Shown here piece by piece: positions 1 through 13,085 of a stretch of 64,000 nucleotides of DNA. The notes beneath the pieces are model-generated. The model was not told where the DNA came from, searched no databases, and worked only from the letters and a program-made list of their open reading frames with translations. Numbering within the stretch: the first letter of the stretch is position 1; every line of letters begins with the position of its first letter. Both the position numbers and the translations under genes were made by a program. Origin of the DNA: Mustelus asterias (taxonomy: Eukaryota); the NCBI RefSeq assembly GCF_964213995.1, contig NW_027590882.1, positions 1-64,000 on the forward strand. The letters run 5' to 3'.

Positions 1-404
1 GCTTGCTTTCAGTCTCTGGTGTACTGGGACACCCAGGTCCCTTTGTATATCAACATTTCCCAATCTATCACCATTTAAATAATCCTCTGCCATTCTGCTT
101 CTCTGTCCGAAGTAGTTAAATTCACGTTTGTCCACGTTATACAGCATCTGCCACACATTTACCCATTCACTCAATTTGCTGAAGTCACTGTGAAACATTT
201 TAACATCCTTCTCACTACTCACATTCCCAACAAGTTTCATGGCATCAGCAAACTTGGAAATATTATTTTTGGTTCCCTCATCCAAATCATTGGTGTACAT
301 CTTGTGTGTGTCTCAATGTCAGCTCGGAAACATGTACAGCACAATCCCATCCTGTTTCTGTCTTTCTATGGCTCTGTATCTGTATATATCTCTCTGAAAT
401 TAGA

Positions 405-742
405 ATAAACAAAATTACAGCACAGGAACAGGCCCTTCGGCCCTCCAAGCCTGCACCAACCATGTGTGAACTAAAAACCCCCTCCCCTTCCAGGGACCAT
501 ATCCCTCTATTCCCATCCTATTCTTGTATTTCTCCAGACGCCCCTTAAAACTCATTATTGTATCTGCTTCCACTCCCTCTCCCAGCAGCGAGTTCCAGGC
601 ACCCACCACCCTCTGTGTAAAAAAACTTGCCTTGTACATCTCCTTTAAACCTTGCCCCTCGCACCTTAAACCCGTGCCCCCTAGTAATTGACTCTTCCAC
701 CCCGGGAAAAAGCTCCTGACTATCCACTCTGTCCATGCCTTT
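405..742 (-). mobile_element. CR1/HER1-like LINE 3' fragment
   Basis: TRGHxFKVRG..FFTQRVVGAWNSL motif. Close paralog at 58890-59270. Confidence 0.85.
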
Positions 743-3482
743 AGAAATGTCCATCCCCCAAGTTGCTGTGAGGACATTCAGAGTCAGTGTGTGACTTGGG
801 TCAAAGATAGACCAGCGAGGTCTCTCCCTTAATGACATTGAGTGACTCTTTAGCTTTTTATGATGAGCAGAAACCTTTCATCTCTCTTGTGTCTAATTCA
901 TTCCAATTCTGTCCCTGACATTAATCAGTTGTGACTTTCTGAAGGAGCTGGAATGTTCTCTCTGGCGACAGCGAATCCATTGAGAGGAGGATCAGGTGTG
1001 ACCTTTCTCTCCTGGAATCCATGTTTCCTGTTTGTGTCTTGTAGATTGTGTGTGGAGAGAGCAGAGGGAAAAGGCTGAGTGGATTTGTAATGAACAGGGG
1101 TTTGCTTTCATTCACAAACTGGAGCTGAAGCCAACGTGTGCAGATGTGAAGAATGGAGATCAGAAAAGGACCATGGGTAGATTTGGAGACTATTCTGCCC
1201 ATCCAGATGTGCTGTCTTTTTGGAAGAGAAATCTAGTTAATCTCTATTTACAGAGGGAGAAGGGATTCCTCCTCCATTATATATCTGTTTAGTTTTAGGC
1301 TGTCTGTGTGAGTGTTAGTGTGTGCATATTTTTCTCAATCTGCCTGTCTCTCAGTCCCCCTGGTCCCAGAATCTGTTTCTCTCTCCACAGATGCTGCCTG
1401 ACCTGTTTGGTATGTCCTTATTTTCTGTTTCAGTATCTGAGGAGTTGCGTATGGTGCTGAACATTGTGCAATCATCAGCGAACATCCCCACTTCAGACCT
1501 TGTGATGGAGGGAAGGTCAGTGATGGAGCAGCTGAAGATGGTTGGGGCCTCGGACACTCACCCTGAGGAACTCCTGCAGGGACGTCCCGGGACTGAGAGG
1601 ATCGGCTTTGAGATAATCGGCACATTGGGGGAAAGGTTGAAAACCAGAGGATGCTGAATTCAGGTAAATGGCGACAGCGGCAACATGAGGAAATGTTTCT
1701 AACGTAGTGAGTGTCCAGTATCTGGAATGTACTGTCTGAGGGTGAGGTGGAAGCGGATTCCATCAAGGACTTCCAGGGGAAGTTGAATGGGAAGCTGAAG
1801 GGGAAATATTTACAGGGTGACGGGGAAAGGGTGGAGGAGTGGGAATAGTGACATTGCTCTTGCAGAGTGTCGCACTGGCTTGATGGGGCTGAATGGCCTC
1901 CTGTGCTGTCACCGTTCTATGATTCAGATGCAAGTTATCTTCTCAGTGTCTATTAGACCCCACTCTTTCCTCCATGATCAGTTACAGCATTTTAAGTTCA
2001 GATCCCAGAATGTTTTATTTGGGGATTTGAGGAGTGATTTGTTTTCCAGCCTGGCCGAGAATTTGATGCTGTAACTGAAGCCACAATTGAATGATTCTGA
2101 GGTCAGATTGTGATCCACTGAGACACAGCTGGCTCCAAGCTTCCCTGAAAAATGTCGCTGTTGTGTTCCCGGCCAGATGATTTCTCCGTCTTGTGTCGGC
2201 CGGCTGTGCCACAAGGATCTGGACTTTGTTCCCAGATGTTCCCAATGTTTATCAATGATTTGGATGTGGAGACCTAATGTAATATTTCCAAGTTTGCGGA
2301 TGACACAGAGCTTGGTGGGAATGTGAGTTGTGAGGAAAATGCAAAGTGGCTTCAAGAGGATTTGGACAGACATTGTCTCTCAGTGCCTCTCTCAATCTGG
2401 CTCTCTCTTTCTCTCACTCTCCCTAACCCTGTCATCTGTTGTTCTCTGCATCTCTCGCTCTCTCTCTCTCTGGGAATCTGTAAAAACATATCCACTAACA
2501 TGCACACAGACAGAAACATACATACACACACACACACATGCGACTGTGAGAATTGTCACAGATCAATCCCAATATCAGTGAGTAATCTCCAATGCAATAG
2601 TTTGTGACCAGGTTGTGCAACATGCATTGAAATGTGGCAATATGGAAGTTGGTTCACTCAGTTGGCTGGACAGCTGGTTTGAGATGCACAAAGTCTCCAA
2701 CACGTCATGAAAGCCCAACCCTTTCGACCTTTCCCCTGGCCTGAGGTGTGGTAAATCACCGCCAGTGAGTTCTCCCCCTCAAAGGGGAGAGCAGCAGATC
2801 GTCATCTGGGCCTTTACCCTTTACCTTTCCCTTTACCGATGTTCAACTTTATTTCCTTTCCTCAATTTCTGCTCATCTCCAAGAGACTCGAGCGAAATTC
2901 ACCCAATCTTTCAACACCAATATTACACACACAATACTGGAGCAATTGGACATTTCACACAACACCCAATAGCTGGTAACAAGACCAAACAAAAACTGTT
3001 CCAAACAAGAGTGGTGGCACCAGCTGACCACACAAATATATAACTTTAAAGGAATATTCGTCTATCCATCCAGCTGACTCTCTTTCTCTGTCTATCTAAC
3101 AGAGAGATTTTTCAGTGCAGTAACAACTGAAACAGGGTAGAATGTAGGAATAAGAAAGACAGGAACTTGTGTAAAATAAAACTGAGACACAGGTGAGTTG
3201 AGTAATGAATGAAACAAGGCCGAACACAGCAGTATCTCCGATGATGCTGAATGTAAGAGAAAAAGATCAAATCTATTCCTGGGGAAGTGCAGCAACAGCT
3301 TAGAAATTGTCGGGTGTGGTGTAGATAGAGGCATGGCTGCGTGCGTTAATAACTGTGACTTCACTGAGTGCATTGGAAACAGTGACATAGTTGAGTGAAG
3401 CAATAACTAAGTAAAGACCAATTGTAGTATATACAGAGGGATAGCCCCATGCATTAAGAAGAGAAACTGTATCTAGTTTATA

Positions 3483-3770
3483 GGGGTGGCACAGTGGTTA
3501 GCACTGCAGCCTCTCAGCGCCAGGGACCCGGGTTCGATTCCCGACTTGCGTCACTGTCTGTGTGGAGTCTGCATGTTCTCCCCGTGTCTGGGTTTCCTCC
3601 GAGTGCTCCGGTTTCCTCCCACAGTCTGAAAGACATGCTGTTCGGTGGATTGGCCATGCTAAATTCTCCCTCAGTGAAGCCGAACAGCGCCGGAGTGTGG
3701 CGACTAGGGGATTTTCACAACAACTTGATTGCAGTGTTAATGTAAGCCTACTTGTGACACTGTATAAAGT
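3483..3770 (+). mobile_element. tRNA-derived shark SINE (HE1-like)
   Basis: GGTGGCACAGTGGTTAGCACTGC (A box), GGGTTCGATTCCC (B box) and core TCTCCCCGTGTCTG..GGGTTTCCTCC..GTGCTCCGGTTTCCTCCCACAGT. Confidence 0.88.
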
Positions 3771-4529
3771 GTTATATACACAGATACAGTGCTGAGGTAA
3801 AGAGAAATGGAGACATGCTCCACATTCATTACCCAGACATGGTCTCGTTTATTTTTTATAAAGAGTGACATGGTTAAATGCAGTGATAATTTAAGCAGGT
3901 TCCCTCCCTAACAGCACTGTGGGTGTACCTACACCACATAGACAGCAGCGGGTTCAAGACGGCAGCTCACCACCACCTTCTCCAGGGCAACTAGGAATGG
4001 GCAATAAATGCTGACCTAGCCAGTGACACCCACATCACAAGAATCAATAAATATTCATCTAACCCAGCACATTGTCCAATGAAATATCAATCCATACATG
4101 GTATTAATACAGTGAGAACTCAAAAAGGGTTGATTGTAGTGTCCACAGCAGCATGGTGTAATGTAGTATTCACTGAGACAACTGAGCGTATAAACAGCGA
4201 CTGGGTTGAGTGCAGTGATAACTGGGAAAGGAGCGAATGTCCGGGATTCTCCGGCTGTTCACTCGTGGGGAATTCTCTGCTCTCGTTCCCCTGCCTCTGG
4301 TTTCCTGCTAGCGTGAGGTGACTTCAATGGGAAATCCCATTGACAGCGACAGGACCAAAAACTCCCTCTGCTAGTGAACGGTGTGTCACCTCTCACTGCC
4401 CAGAAAGCTGCTGAGGGGAGACTGGAGGATCCCAGAAACTATGTTAAAAACAGCCATATTGGCAACAGCAGGAAAATATTACATCCCAAACTCAGTAATA
4501 TTCACAATGATATTCTCCAATCAGCTGAA

Positions 4530-4705
4530 GGGCAGAATTTACTGATACAAGACCCAGATTGTAATAACTGAGAGAGGTTTCGGGCAGAGTTTACTGATAC
4601 AAGGCCCAGATTGTAATAACTGAGAGAGGTTTCGGGCAGAGTTTACTGATACAAGGCCCATATTGTAATAACTGAGAGAGGTTTCGGGCAGAGTTTACTG
4701 ATACA
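4530..4705. repeat. 52-bp tandem repeat, about 3.4 copies
   Basis: GGGCAGA recurs at 4530, 4582, 4634 and 4686 with near-identical intervening sequence. Confidence 0.9.
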
Positions 4706-5062
4706 TGATCCGGCAGGATTTACTGTTTGATAATCCAGCTGTTTGGCCCCGTTATGAGCACACCTTCCATGGCCATCAAGTCCGGAAGTCGGCCTTGAAC
4801 CCTTGAAGAATGAGAGGCGACCCCATTGAAACAGACTTAAAATTCTTACAGGGTGTGACAGGGTGGATGTAGATTGGATGTTTCCCCTGGCTGGTGAGAC
4901 TAGAACCAGGGGACACAATCTCAGAATCAGGGGCAGACCATTGAAGACTGAGATGAGGAGGAATTTCTTCACTCAGAGGGTGGTGAATCTTTGGAATTTT
5001 CTATTCCAGGGGGATGTGGAAGCCCAATCATTCAGCATGTTCAAGAGGCAAATCGATTGTGT

Positions 5063-5191
5063 NNNNNNNNNNNNNNNNNNNNNNNNNNNNNNNNNNNNNN
5101 NNNNNNNNNNNNNNNNNNNNNNNNNNNNNNNNNNNNNNNNNNNNNNNNNNNNNNNNNNNNNNNNNNNNNNNNNNNNNNNNNNNNNNNNNNN
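5063..5191. other. Assembly gap (N run)
   Basis: 129 N. Confidence 1.
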
Positions 5192-5254
5192 TGTGTTTAT
5201 TACTGTGTGCGTCTGAGTGTTACTGGGTGAGAATATCTGTTTCTGTGTGTTTTC

Positions 5255-5566
5255 ATAGAATCCTAGACTCCTACAGTGCAGAAGGAGGCCATTTGGCCCA
5301 TTGAGTCTGCAGCGACCACAATCCCACTCAGGCCCTATCCCCATTACCCCATGCATTTACCCGAGCTAGTCTCCCTGACGCGGAGGGACAATTAAGCACG
5401 GCCAATGCACCCGAACCAGAACGTCTTTCAGACTGTGGGAGGAAGCCGGAGCACCCGGAGTAAACCCACGCAGACACGGGGAGAACGTGCAAACTCCGCA
5501 CACACAGTGACCCAAGGCGGGAACCGAACCCGAGTCCCTGGCACTGAGAGGCAGCAGTGCTAACTG
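5255..5566 (-). mobile_element. HE1-like SINE
   Basis: Reverse complement of the same head and core, with a LINE-derived tail. Confidence 0.85.
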
Positions 5567-8500
5567 TGTGTTTGGTGTGTGTGTGTTTATTGTGTTTGTG
5601 TGTGTGTTTTGTGTGTGTTTGTTGTGTGTGTGCGTGTTTTATGTGTGTTTTTGTGTGTGTGCGTGTTTTGTGTGTGTTGGTGTGTGTGCGTTTTGTGTGT
5701 GTTGGTGTGTGCGTGTTTTGTGTGCGTACGTGCACCATGATCTGTTTGAATGCTGGCGCAGGATCGATGGGCCAAATGGCCTACACCTGCTCCTATTTTC
5801 CTTTGAGATTTAAATACATTGACACACATGCACGCTGACACACACACACAGAAAGATATACACAGTGTTGATGTATTTATTGACCACTTAATGTGACTGA
5901 ATGCTACACATCCCAGTTTACCAAAGACACACAATATTCAGCAGCATTGTAAACAGCGCAGCTGGAAACATCAAATTGGGGATTTGGTTTGAAAAAGGGT
6001 CAAAGCCTCTCTTGCTAAAGGCTGTTTGTCTATATTGTGCTGACAGTGATACACTGCCATCCTCTGCTGCCTGCTGGACATTGCTCCAGCCGCAGAGAGA
6101 GTGAAGTAGATCAGAAACTCACTGGGAGAGAATGCAGCTTCACACAGTATCCATCCAAAATGACAGGAGCATCAGCACACACACAAGCTCCGTGTGGAGA
6201 CTGAGAGGGGCTCAGTGTGGAACACAAACCTTCACACTAAACCTGGAAGGACATTGATAAAGAGTTTAAAACAAAACTTCAGCAAATGTTTTGAAACATT
6301 TTGGTCCGTGGAAAAGAGCAGTGTGTAAAAAGCTGAAGATGTTTCCATTTCACATCTTCCTGCTTTGGGGAAATGGGAGTTATCTTTGCATTTACAAGGA
6401 TATGGGGAGGGAGGTGTTTGAATGGACATTCAGCTTTTTGGGTGATTAAAGTGTTAACTTTGTTTCCAGAAGCTGTTTACAGTGATTGTCCCGAGAGATT
6501 GTATTGTTTCAGTGATGTCGACGTCTCCAATACTTCAGACAGAGGAAGGAAACAATTTACAAAAGGAAAGATTGGGGGAATCACTACATTGAAGGTGTGA
6601 GGCCTCATCACTCTCTGTCTGGTTTTGTTCTGAAATCTTTACATTTTTAAACATTGAAACCTCTTGCCCTTGTTGGGAATATCAGTGCGGTTTGAGAAAA
6701 GCAAACACTGATCCCACACTAAACACCTCCCCCCCAACACAGGACTGAGCAGAGAGTGTGAAATGTGACTGGTGTCAGAGTGGATTGTCAAACAGAAGGG
6801 ATTTGAAAAATCTCTAAATGATTCATTGATTAAAAACTCTAACATTAATGTCCCGCATCATAAACATCTGCTTCATTATTGTATCTTTCTTTTACAGATC
6901 AAGTGATGGGTTGAATTTTGGATGGTGTAGATTTCCCTCAGCTGATTATTAAGCTTTCTGATTGACACAAATACAATATCTGCTGTCGGTGACTCCAACA
7001 GTGAAATTCTCTCAGTTTATCATTCTGAATCTGTCACTGAGACAATTGTGGGCGGTAGTTCAGTTTTCAGTGTGAAATGTAGAAGGCAACTTTTGTTGTA
7101 ATGTAATTGTAGTTAATAGTTTTCCTGTAGTTTAAATCTCAGGTATAAATTAATAACTTTTCTCTTTCCTTATTCACAATTGTTCATTTCCCGTGATGTT
7201 GAGCTCTGGTTTTCTCTTTCTGGTGTCTGGTACAGCTGTACAGATATTGGGCAGCTCAGAGCGCGGGGGGGTCTGATCTCATTGTGAAGCTCAAAGGTCA
7301 GATTCACTTTTGTTAACTTTAAAATCAATTTTCCTGTCAAATATTCTCTGAATTTTTAAATAAATATTGAATGGAAAATTAAATCTGACTTTGCCAAACT
7401 CTCTTTCTGTATTTCTCTGTTAGTGTGTTTATGTGTGCGTCTCTCTGTGTCTCTATCTCTCTGTGTATCTGTGTGTCTCTCTGTCTCTGTACTTCTCTGG
7501 ATCTGTGTCTCTCTCTCTGCCTCTGTGTGTATATCTCTCTATGTATCTGTGTGTGTCTCTCTGTCTCTGCATTTCTCTGTATCTGTCTCTATCTCTGTGT
7601 TTCTCTGTCTCTGTGTGTCTCGATGCTAAGGGCCTAGTATTTCAGGCTCTGACCTGAACCTACAATCTCTCTGACTCTGAGCGAAGATGACTACATTGAA
7701 GGTGTGAGGCCTCATCACTTTCTGTCTGGTTTAGTTTTGTAATGTTTACATGTTTAAACACTGAAACCTCTTGCCCTTGTTGGGAATATCACTGCGGTTT
7801 GAGAAAAGCAAACACTGATCCCGCACTAAACACCCCCCAACACAGGACTGAGCAGAGTGTGTGAAATGTGACTGGTGCGAATGTGGATTGTCTTTTAAAA
7901 GTGGGTAAGAAACACTTCATTTTCAAATCTTTACCCTGCTTCTGTAGCGTCTCGGATTCCACCGAATCTGCACATCTTTGGACTGTGGAAGGAAACCCAT
8001 GCAGACACAGGGAGAATGTGCAAACTCAACTCCCAACCGAGAATTGAACCCGGGTTCCTGGTGCTGTGAGGCAGCAGTGCTAAACACGGTCCACCATGTA
8101 GCCCTATCCCATGTATTGGGACACGGTGAAAAGTATTGTTTCTTGCACGCTACACAGACAAAACATACCGTTCATAGAGTTCATTCGGGAGAAGGAGAGG
8201 AGAGGGTGCAGAATACAGTGTTGCAGTTACCGATAGGGTATAGAGAAAGATCAGCTTAATATATGGTAGGTCCACTCAAAAATTAACATTCTGACCAAAC
8301 ACTAAAGCTTTCCACAAAACAAGGCTCACAAATTCAACACCAGTTTCCTTTGTCCGCTCTCCCATCATGCTGTGCGCGGAGTCTCTGATCGATGCTAAGG
8401 GCCTAGTATTTGAGGCTCTGAGCTGAACCCACAATCTGTCTGATTCTGAGGGAAGATTACTGCCACTCAGATACAGCTGGCTGCAATATCCCCTTGAAAT

Positions 8501-8635
8501 ATATCTGTTGTGTACAGAGCCACATGTTTTTTTTCCCTGTGTCTGCTGTCCTTAAAGAACTATTGAATAATCTAAACATCCGCATTTATTATCACAGAAC
8601 AAGGCCAACATGGGGGAATCGAGTATCAGGTTTAA

Positions 8636-8932
8636 AAGTTTGTTTATTAGTGTCACAAGTAGGGTTACATTAACACTGCAATGAAGTTACTGTGGAAAAT
8701 CCGTAGTCGCCATGCTCTGGCGCCTGTTTGGGCAACTTGGGGAGAATTTAGCATGGCTGATACACCTAACCAGCGCGTCTTTCGAACTGTGAGAGGAAAC
8801 CGCAGCACCCGGTGGAAACCCATGCAGACACGGGGAGAATGTACAAACTCCACACAGACAGTGACCCAAGCCAGGAATCAAACCCGGGTCCCTGGCGCTG
8901 TGAGGCAGCAGTGTTAACCACTGTGCCGCCCC
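8636..8932 (-). mobile_element. HE1-like SINE
   Basis: Reverse complement of the 3483-3770 type. Confidence 0.85.
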
Positions 8933-9046
8933 TCATTGAAACATTGTGCAGTTGTGGAATGCACAGGATAGGAGGGATGTGATAGCACTGGAAAAGGTGC
9001 AGAGGAGATTCACCAGGATGTTGCCTGGCCTGGAGAGTTTTAGTGC

Positions 9047-9340
9047 ATAGAATCATAGAATCCCTACAGTCCAGAATGAGGCCATTCGACCCATCAAATC
9101 TGCACGGACTCTTACCCAGGCTTACCCCGTAACCCCACGTGTTTTCCCGCTAATCCCCCTAACCTATACATCGTGGGACCCTAAGGGCAATTTTGCATGG
9201 ACAATGCACCCGGAGGAAACCCACGCAGACACGGGGAGAATGTGCAAACTCCACACAGACAGTAAACCGAGGCCGGAATTCAACCTGGGTCCCTGGCGCT
9301 GTGAGGCAGCAGTGCTAACCACTGTGCTACCGTGCCGCCA
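9047..9340 (-). mobile_element. HE1-like SINE
   Basis: Head GGCGGCACGGTAGCACAGTGGTTAGC on the minus strand, with TCTATGA tail. Confidence 0.85.
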
Positions 9341-10904
9341 CTCGAACTGAAGAGAGATTTTATAGACTGAGGGTGTGATCTTACCACCTGTTGACGCCAC
9401 ACTCTCGCTCAGCGAGGTCGGAGAATTTGGTGACCAGCCAAATCTCCTTTCACTGCAGTGGGATGGGAAAATCCTGCCGGCCTGAACGGTGATAAGATTC
9501 CACCCTGGGGTTGTTTTCCGTGGAGCAGAGGAGGCTGAGGGGGAACATGATGGAGATGGATAAGATTATGAGGGACATCGATAGAGTAGACGGGAAGAAA
9601 GCTTCCCCTTGGTGGTGGGGTCAATGACCAGGGGGTATAGATTTAGGGTAAGTGGCAGGAGGTTTACAGGGGATGTGAGGAAAACCTTTTTCACCCAGAG
9701 AGTGGTGGGAGTCTGGAACTCTCTGCCTGAAAGGGTGGTGGAGGCAGAGACCCTCAGAACGTTTAAGAAGTGCTTAGCTATGCATTTGCAATGCCAAGGC
9801 TTACCAGGCCGTGAGCCAAGTTGGGTGATTTGTCTTTGACCGGCACAGATGCAATGGGCCGAAGGGCCTTTTCTGTTCTCTAGACCTCCATTGCTAAAAC
9901 ACAACCTCACTGACCCAGCTTCTGGTCATCCATCCAAATCTCTCCCTCCACAGCTCGGGGACAAATCCTGCCGCGCAATCTTCCTTTGAAGTGGCTTTGG
10001 ACATTTCATTCTCCGTGAGGACTTGTCCAGACAGTGATTGCTGTTGTTGTGTTTGTCTCAGTGTCAGCTCAGAAACATGGACAACATGTTAGAAATGGCC
10101 GTCTCCCAGTGAGTGTGAGGACAGGGCAGGCTTTAAGCGAGGCCTGGGCCGCTCCCTGAAGGACACAGGGCCACCATTGTGCTTTTTGCTGACAAACAGA
10201 AAGCTTTCACCCCTCTCTCTCTCTCTCTCTCGTGTCTCATCTGACTCACATTCTGCCCCTTCCATGCACTCTGTGCTGCTTTCTGGAGGTGGCTGCCAGC
10301 TTTATCCGCCACAGAGCATCTGCCAACAAGAACATCAGATGAAACTTTCCACTCCCCAAGTCCCTCTTTCCTCTCTGCTCCTCGCTGTCTTTCCGGAGGA
10401 ATTGGGATGGGAAGCTGATGGGAAAAGATTTGCAGGGCTCCAGGGACAAAGTGGAGCAGTGGGACTGGCTCGATTGCTCTAGCAGAGAGTCGACACCAGC
10501 TGAATGGGCTGAATGGCCTCCTTCATTCTGTGGCTATTCTATGGTTGACACACAATAGATAGTCAAAATCTTTTCCCAAAGGTAGGGGAGTCTAAAACTC
10601 GAGGGCATGGGTTTAAGGTGAGAGGGGAGAGATACAAAAGTGTGCAGAGGGGCCATCTTTTCACACAGAGAGTGATGAGCGTCTGGAACAAGCTGCCAGA
10701 GGTAGTAGTAGAGATGGACACAATTTTATCTTTTAAAAAGCATTTAGACTGTTACATGGGTAAGATAGATGTAGAGGGATATGGGCCAAATGTGGGGAAT
10801 TGGGACCAGCTTAGGGGTTAAAAGAAAAAGGGCAGCATGACAAGTTGGGCCAAAGGGCCTGTTTCCATGCTGTAAACATCTATGACACTATGACAACTTG
10901 TCAT

Positions 10905-11555
10905 TTGGGTCTCAACTTCAAGTTTCTAGGTGTCCAGATCACCAACAACTTGTCCTGGTCCCCCCATGCCGACACTATAATTGAGAAAGCCCACCAACAC
11001 GTCTACTTTCTCAGGAGGCTACGGAAATTTGGCATGTCAGCTACGACTCTCACCAACTTCTACAGATGCACCATAGGAAGCATCCTTTCTGTATCACGGC
11101 TTGGTATGGTTTCTGCTCTGTCCAAGACTGCAAGAAATGACAAAAGGTCGTGAATGTAGCCCCGTCCATCACGCAGACTAGCCTCCCATTCATTGACTCT
11201 GTCTACACTTCCCGCGGCCTTAGAAAAGCAGCCAGCATAATTAAGGACCTCATGCACACATTCTCTCTTCCACCTTCTTCCGTCAGGAAAAAGATACAAA
11301 GTCTGAGATCACGTACCAACCGACTCAAGAACTTCCCTGCTGCCCTCAGACTTTTGAATGGACCTGCTACATATTAGATTTATCTCTCTCTACACCCTAC
11401 CTATGACTGCAACACTACATTCTGCACCCTCTCTTTTACTTCTCCCCGATGTACTCTATGAACGGTATGTTTTGTCTGTACAGCATACAAGAAACAATAC
11501 TTTTCACTGTATCCCAATACACGCGACAGTAATAAATCAAATCAAATCAAAATCC
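10905..11555 (+). mobile_element. Rex1/Babar-like LINE 3' fragment
   Basis: FKFLGVQITNNLSWS..FLRRLRKFG..FYRCTI.SIL, with (AAATC)n tail. Confidence 0.75.
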
Positions 11556-11769
11556 TCCCAATTCTTTCCTCCACGATAGGTCGCAGCATTTAAAGAACAC
11601 GCCCAGGGCCCAGTGCTGAGTCTGAGGGTATGTGACTACAGTAAGGTGAGTGATACAGGAGGGTCTCACTGTCTGAGGGAGGTGAGTCTTAGCCGGGGGT
11701 GCGTGAGTGACCCAGGTTAATCTGACACTCCAGGGACAGTTGGAATGGAGCTTTCCCCCGTGCTGTCCC

Positions 11770-11975
11770 CTCCCCGTGTCTGCGTGGGTTTCCTCCGGGT
11801 GCTCCGGTTTCCTCCCACAGTCTGAAAGATGTGCTGGTTAGGGTGCATTGGCCGTGCTAAATTCTCCCTCAGTGTAACCCGAACAGGCGCCGGAGTGTGG
11901 GGACTAGGGGATTCTCACAGTTACTTCATTGTAGTGTTAATGTAAGCCTACTTCTGACACTAATAAATAAACTGA
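11770..11975 (+). mobile_element. HE1-like SINE, 5'-truncated
   Basis: Core and tail as in 3580-3770. Confidence 0.8.
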
Positions 11976-12159
11976 AACTGAAGGTCAAGGTGCTGCTGTG
12001 ACAATGCACTCTTGTTTAAACACTCTGCAATGCTGAGACTGGGAGAAGTGACCAACAGGGGGCAGCATTGCAGCTTCTGTCCCCCTATTGAAACTGGGAT
12101 TGTTGCTCCATCTGCTGCACAATCCCAACCCCATCCACTGGGGGCAACCTGGACAATGG

Positions 12160-12500
12160 CTGCAGACAGACCTCACTGCGCACGCGCAGCAATGACACGC
12201 ACCGACGGCGGCCATTTTGCGTTGCCAAGGGAGACGGCCAGCGGCCATATTCCGTTGCCAAGGGAGACGGCGGCGACCATCTTGCGTTGCCAGGGGAGGC
12301 GGCATCAATGCGGCGGCGTCCCGCGCGCTGACCTCTGGGAGCATTCCCGTCCCGCACATGCGCACAGGTCGCCCCGCCCCCTGGACAGACCCCCCTGCTG
12401 TCCCGCCAACGAGCATGGGCCGGAGTGGGCAAGAGGTGACACTGGGAGGAGCAGCCCCCGGGAGCGTCACAGCGACGCCTGGTGGCCAGGAAGGGCAATA
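12160..12500 (-). promoter_or_regulatory. CpG-island promoter / first exon, probably of a minus-strand gene
   Basis: CpG-rich, with NRF1-like TGCGCACGCGCA 12177-88 and three 32-33-bp units each holding YY1-like GCGGCCATTTT and RFX-like GTTGCCAAGGGAGAC. Minus-strand donor CA|GTGAGG at 12176. Confidence 0.55.
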
Positions 12501-13085
12501 GCAGCAGCACAGTCTCTGCCCAAAGGCTTCCCCAGTTCAGCTGCTCAGAGACACTGGGAATGTCTTCAAGTGGAAACTTCAGCTTCTCACATTCACCCCC
12601 TGTGTTCAGTCATTGTTTCCTAGACAACCTCTGTAGTGACATCACTAACAACTTGTTCACATTGAAGGCCATGGCAATCTGGACCATTCGGCTTCAAAGC
12701 CATTGAGCTTTGAAATTTCAATTGAAATGTTGGAGATGAGAGTTTATCGATGCAAGTCATGTTGCATGTGGAACGCTCATGATGCCACAATTAGAGCGGT
12801 GCAGACATCTCACAGGGTTGTGTGACTGGAGGAGATGTCAGAGACGGGGTGGTTAAATATAGAGGGACAGGGTCTGAAGCTAAGTTTTGGGTAAAAGATG
12901 GCAGTAATGTTGTGACATTAATTTAGCTTCAGATAGTTGCTGGGGAGGGGGATAGAGAGGTTGGGGAGTGATGTTTGTATTGGGGCAATCTCTCTCTCTC
13001 TCTCATCATGTATATATATGAATCCATCTCTCACTCTCTATCTCTCTTTACCCATTGTGTCCAGAGTCTTGTGAAGGCGCAGACC

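Noticed and set aside
3483-3560. tRNA gene
   Set aside because: A/B boxes run directly into the SINE core found many times in the window; it is a SINE head.
4530-4705. CRISPR-like regular repeats
   Set aside because: Contiguous 52-bp tandem units with no unique spacers, in vertebrate DNA; a minisatellite.
6100-6200. Minus-strand V leader exon (donor GTGAGT near 6122)
   Set aside because: The ATG frame hits TGA before the donor and no V exon follows.
11985-12623. Protein-coding ORFs over the CpG island
   Set aside because: Overlapping ORFs in several frames reflect GC content and the 33-bp repeat; no recognisable domain.
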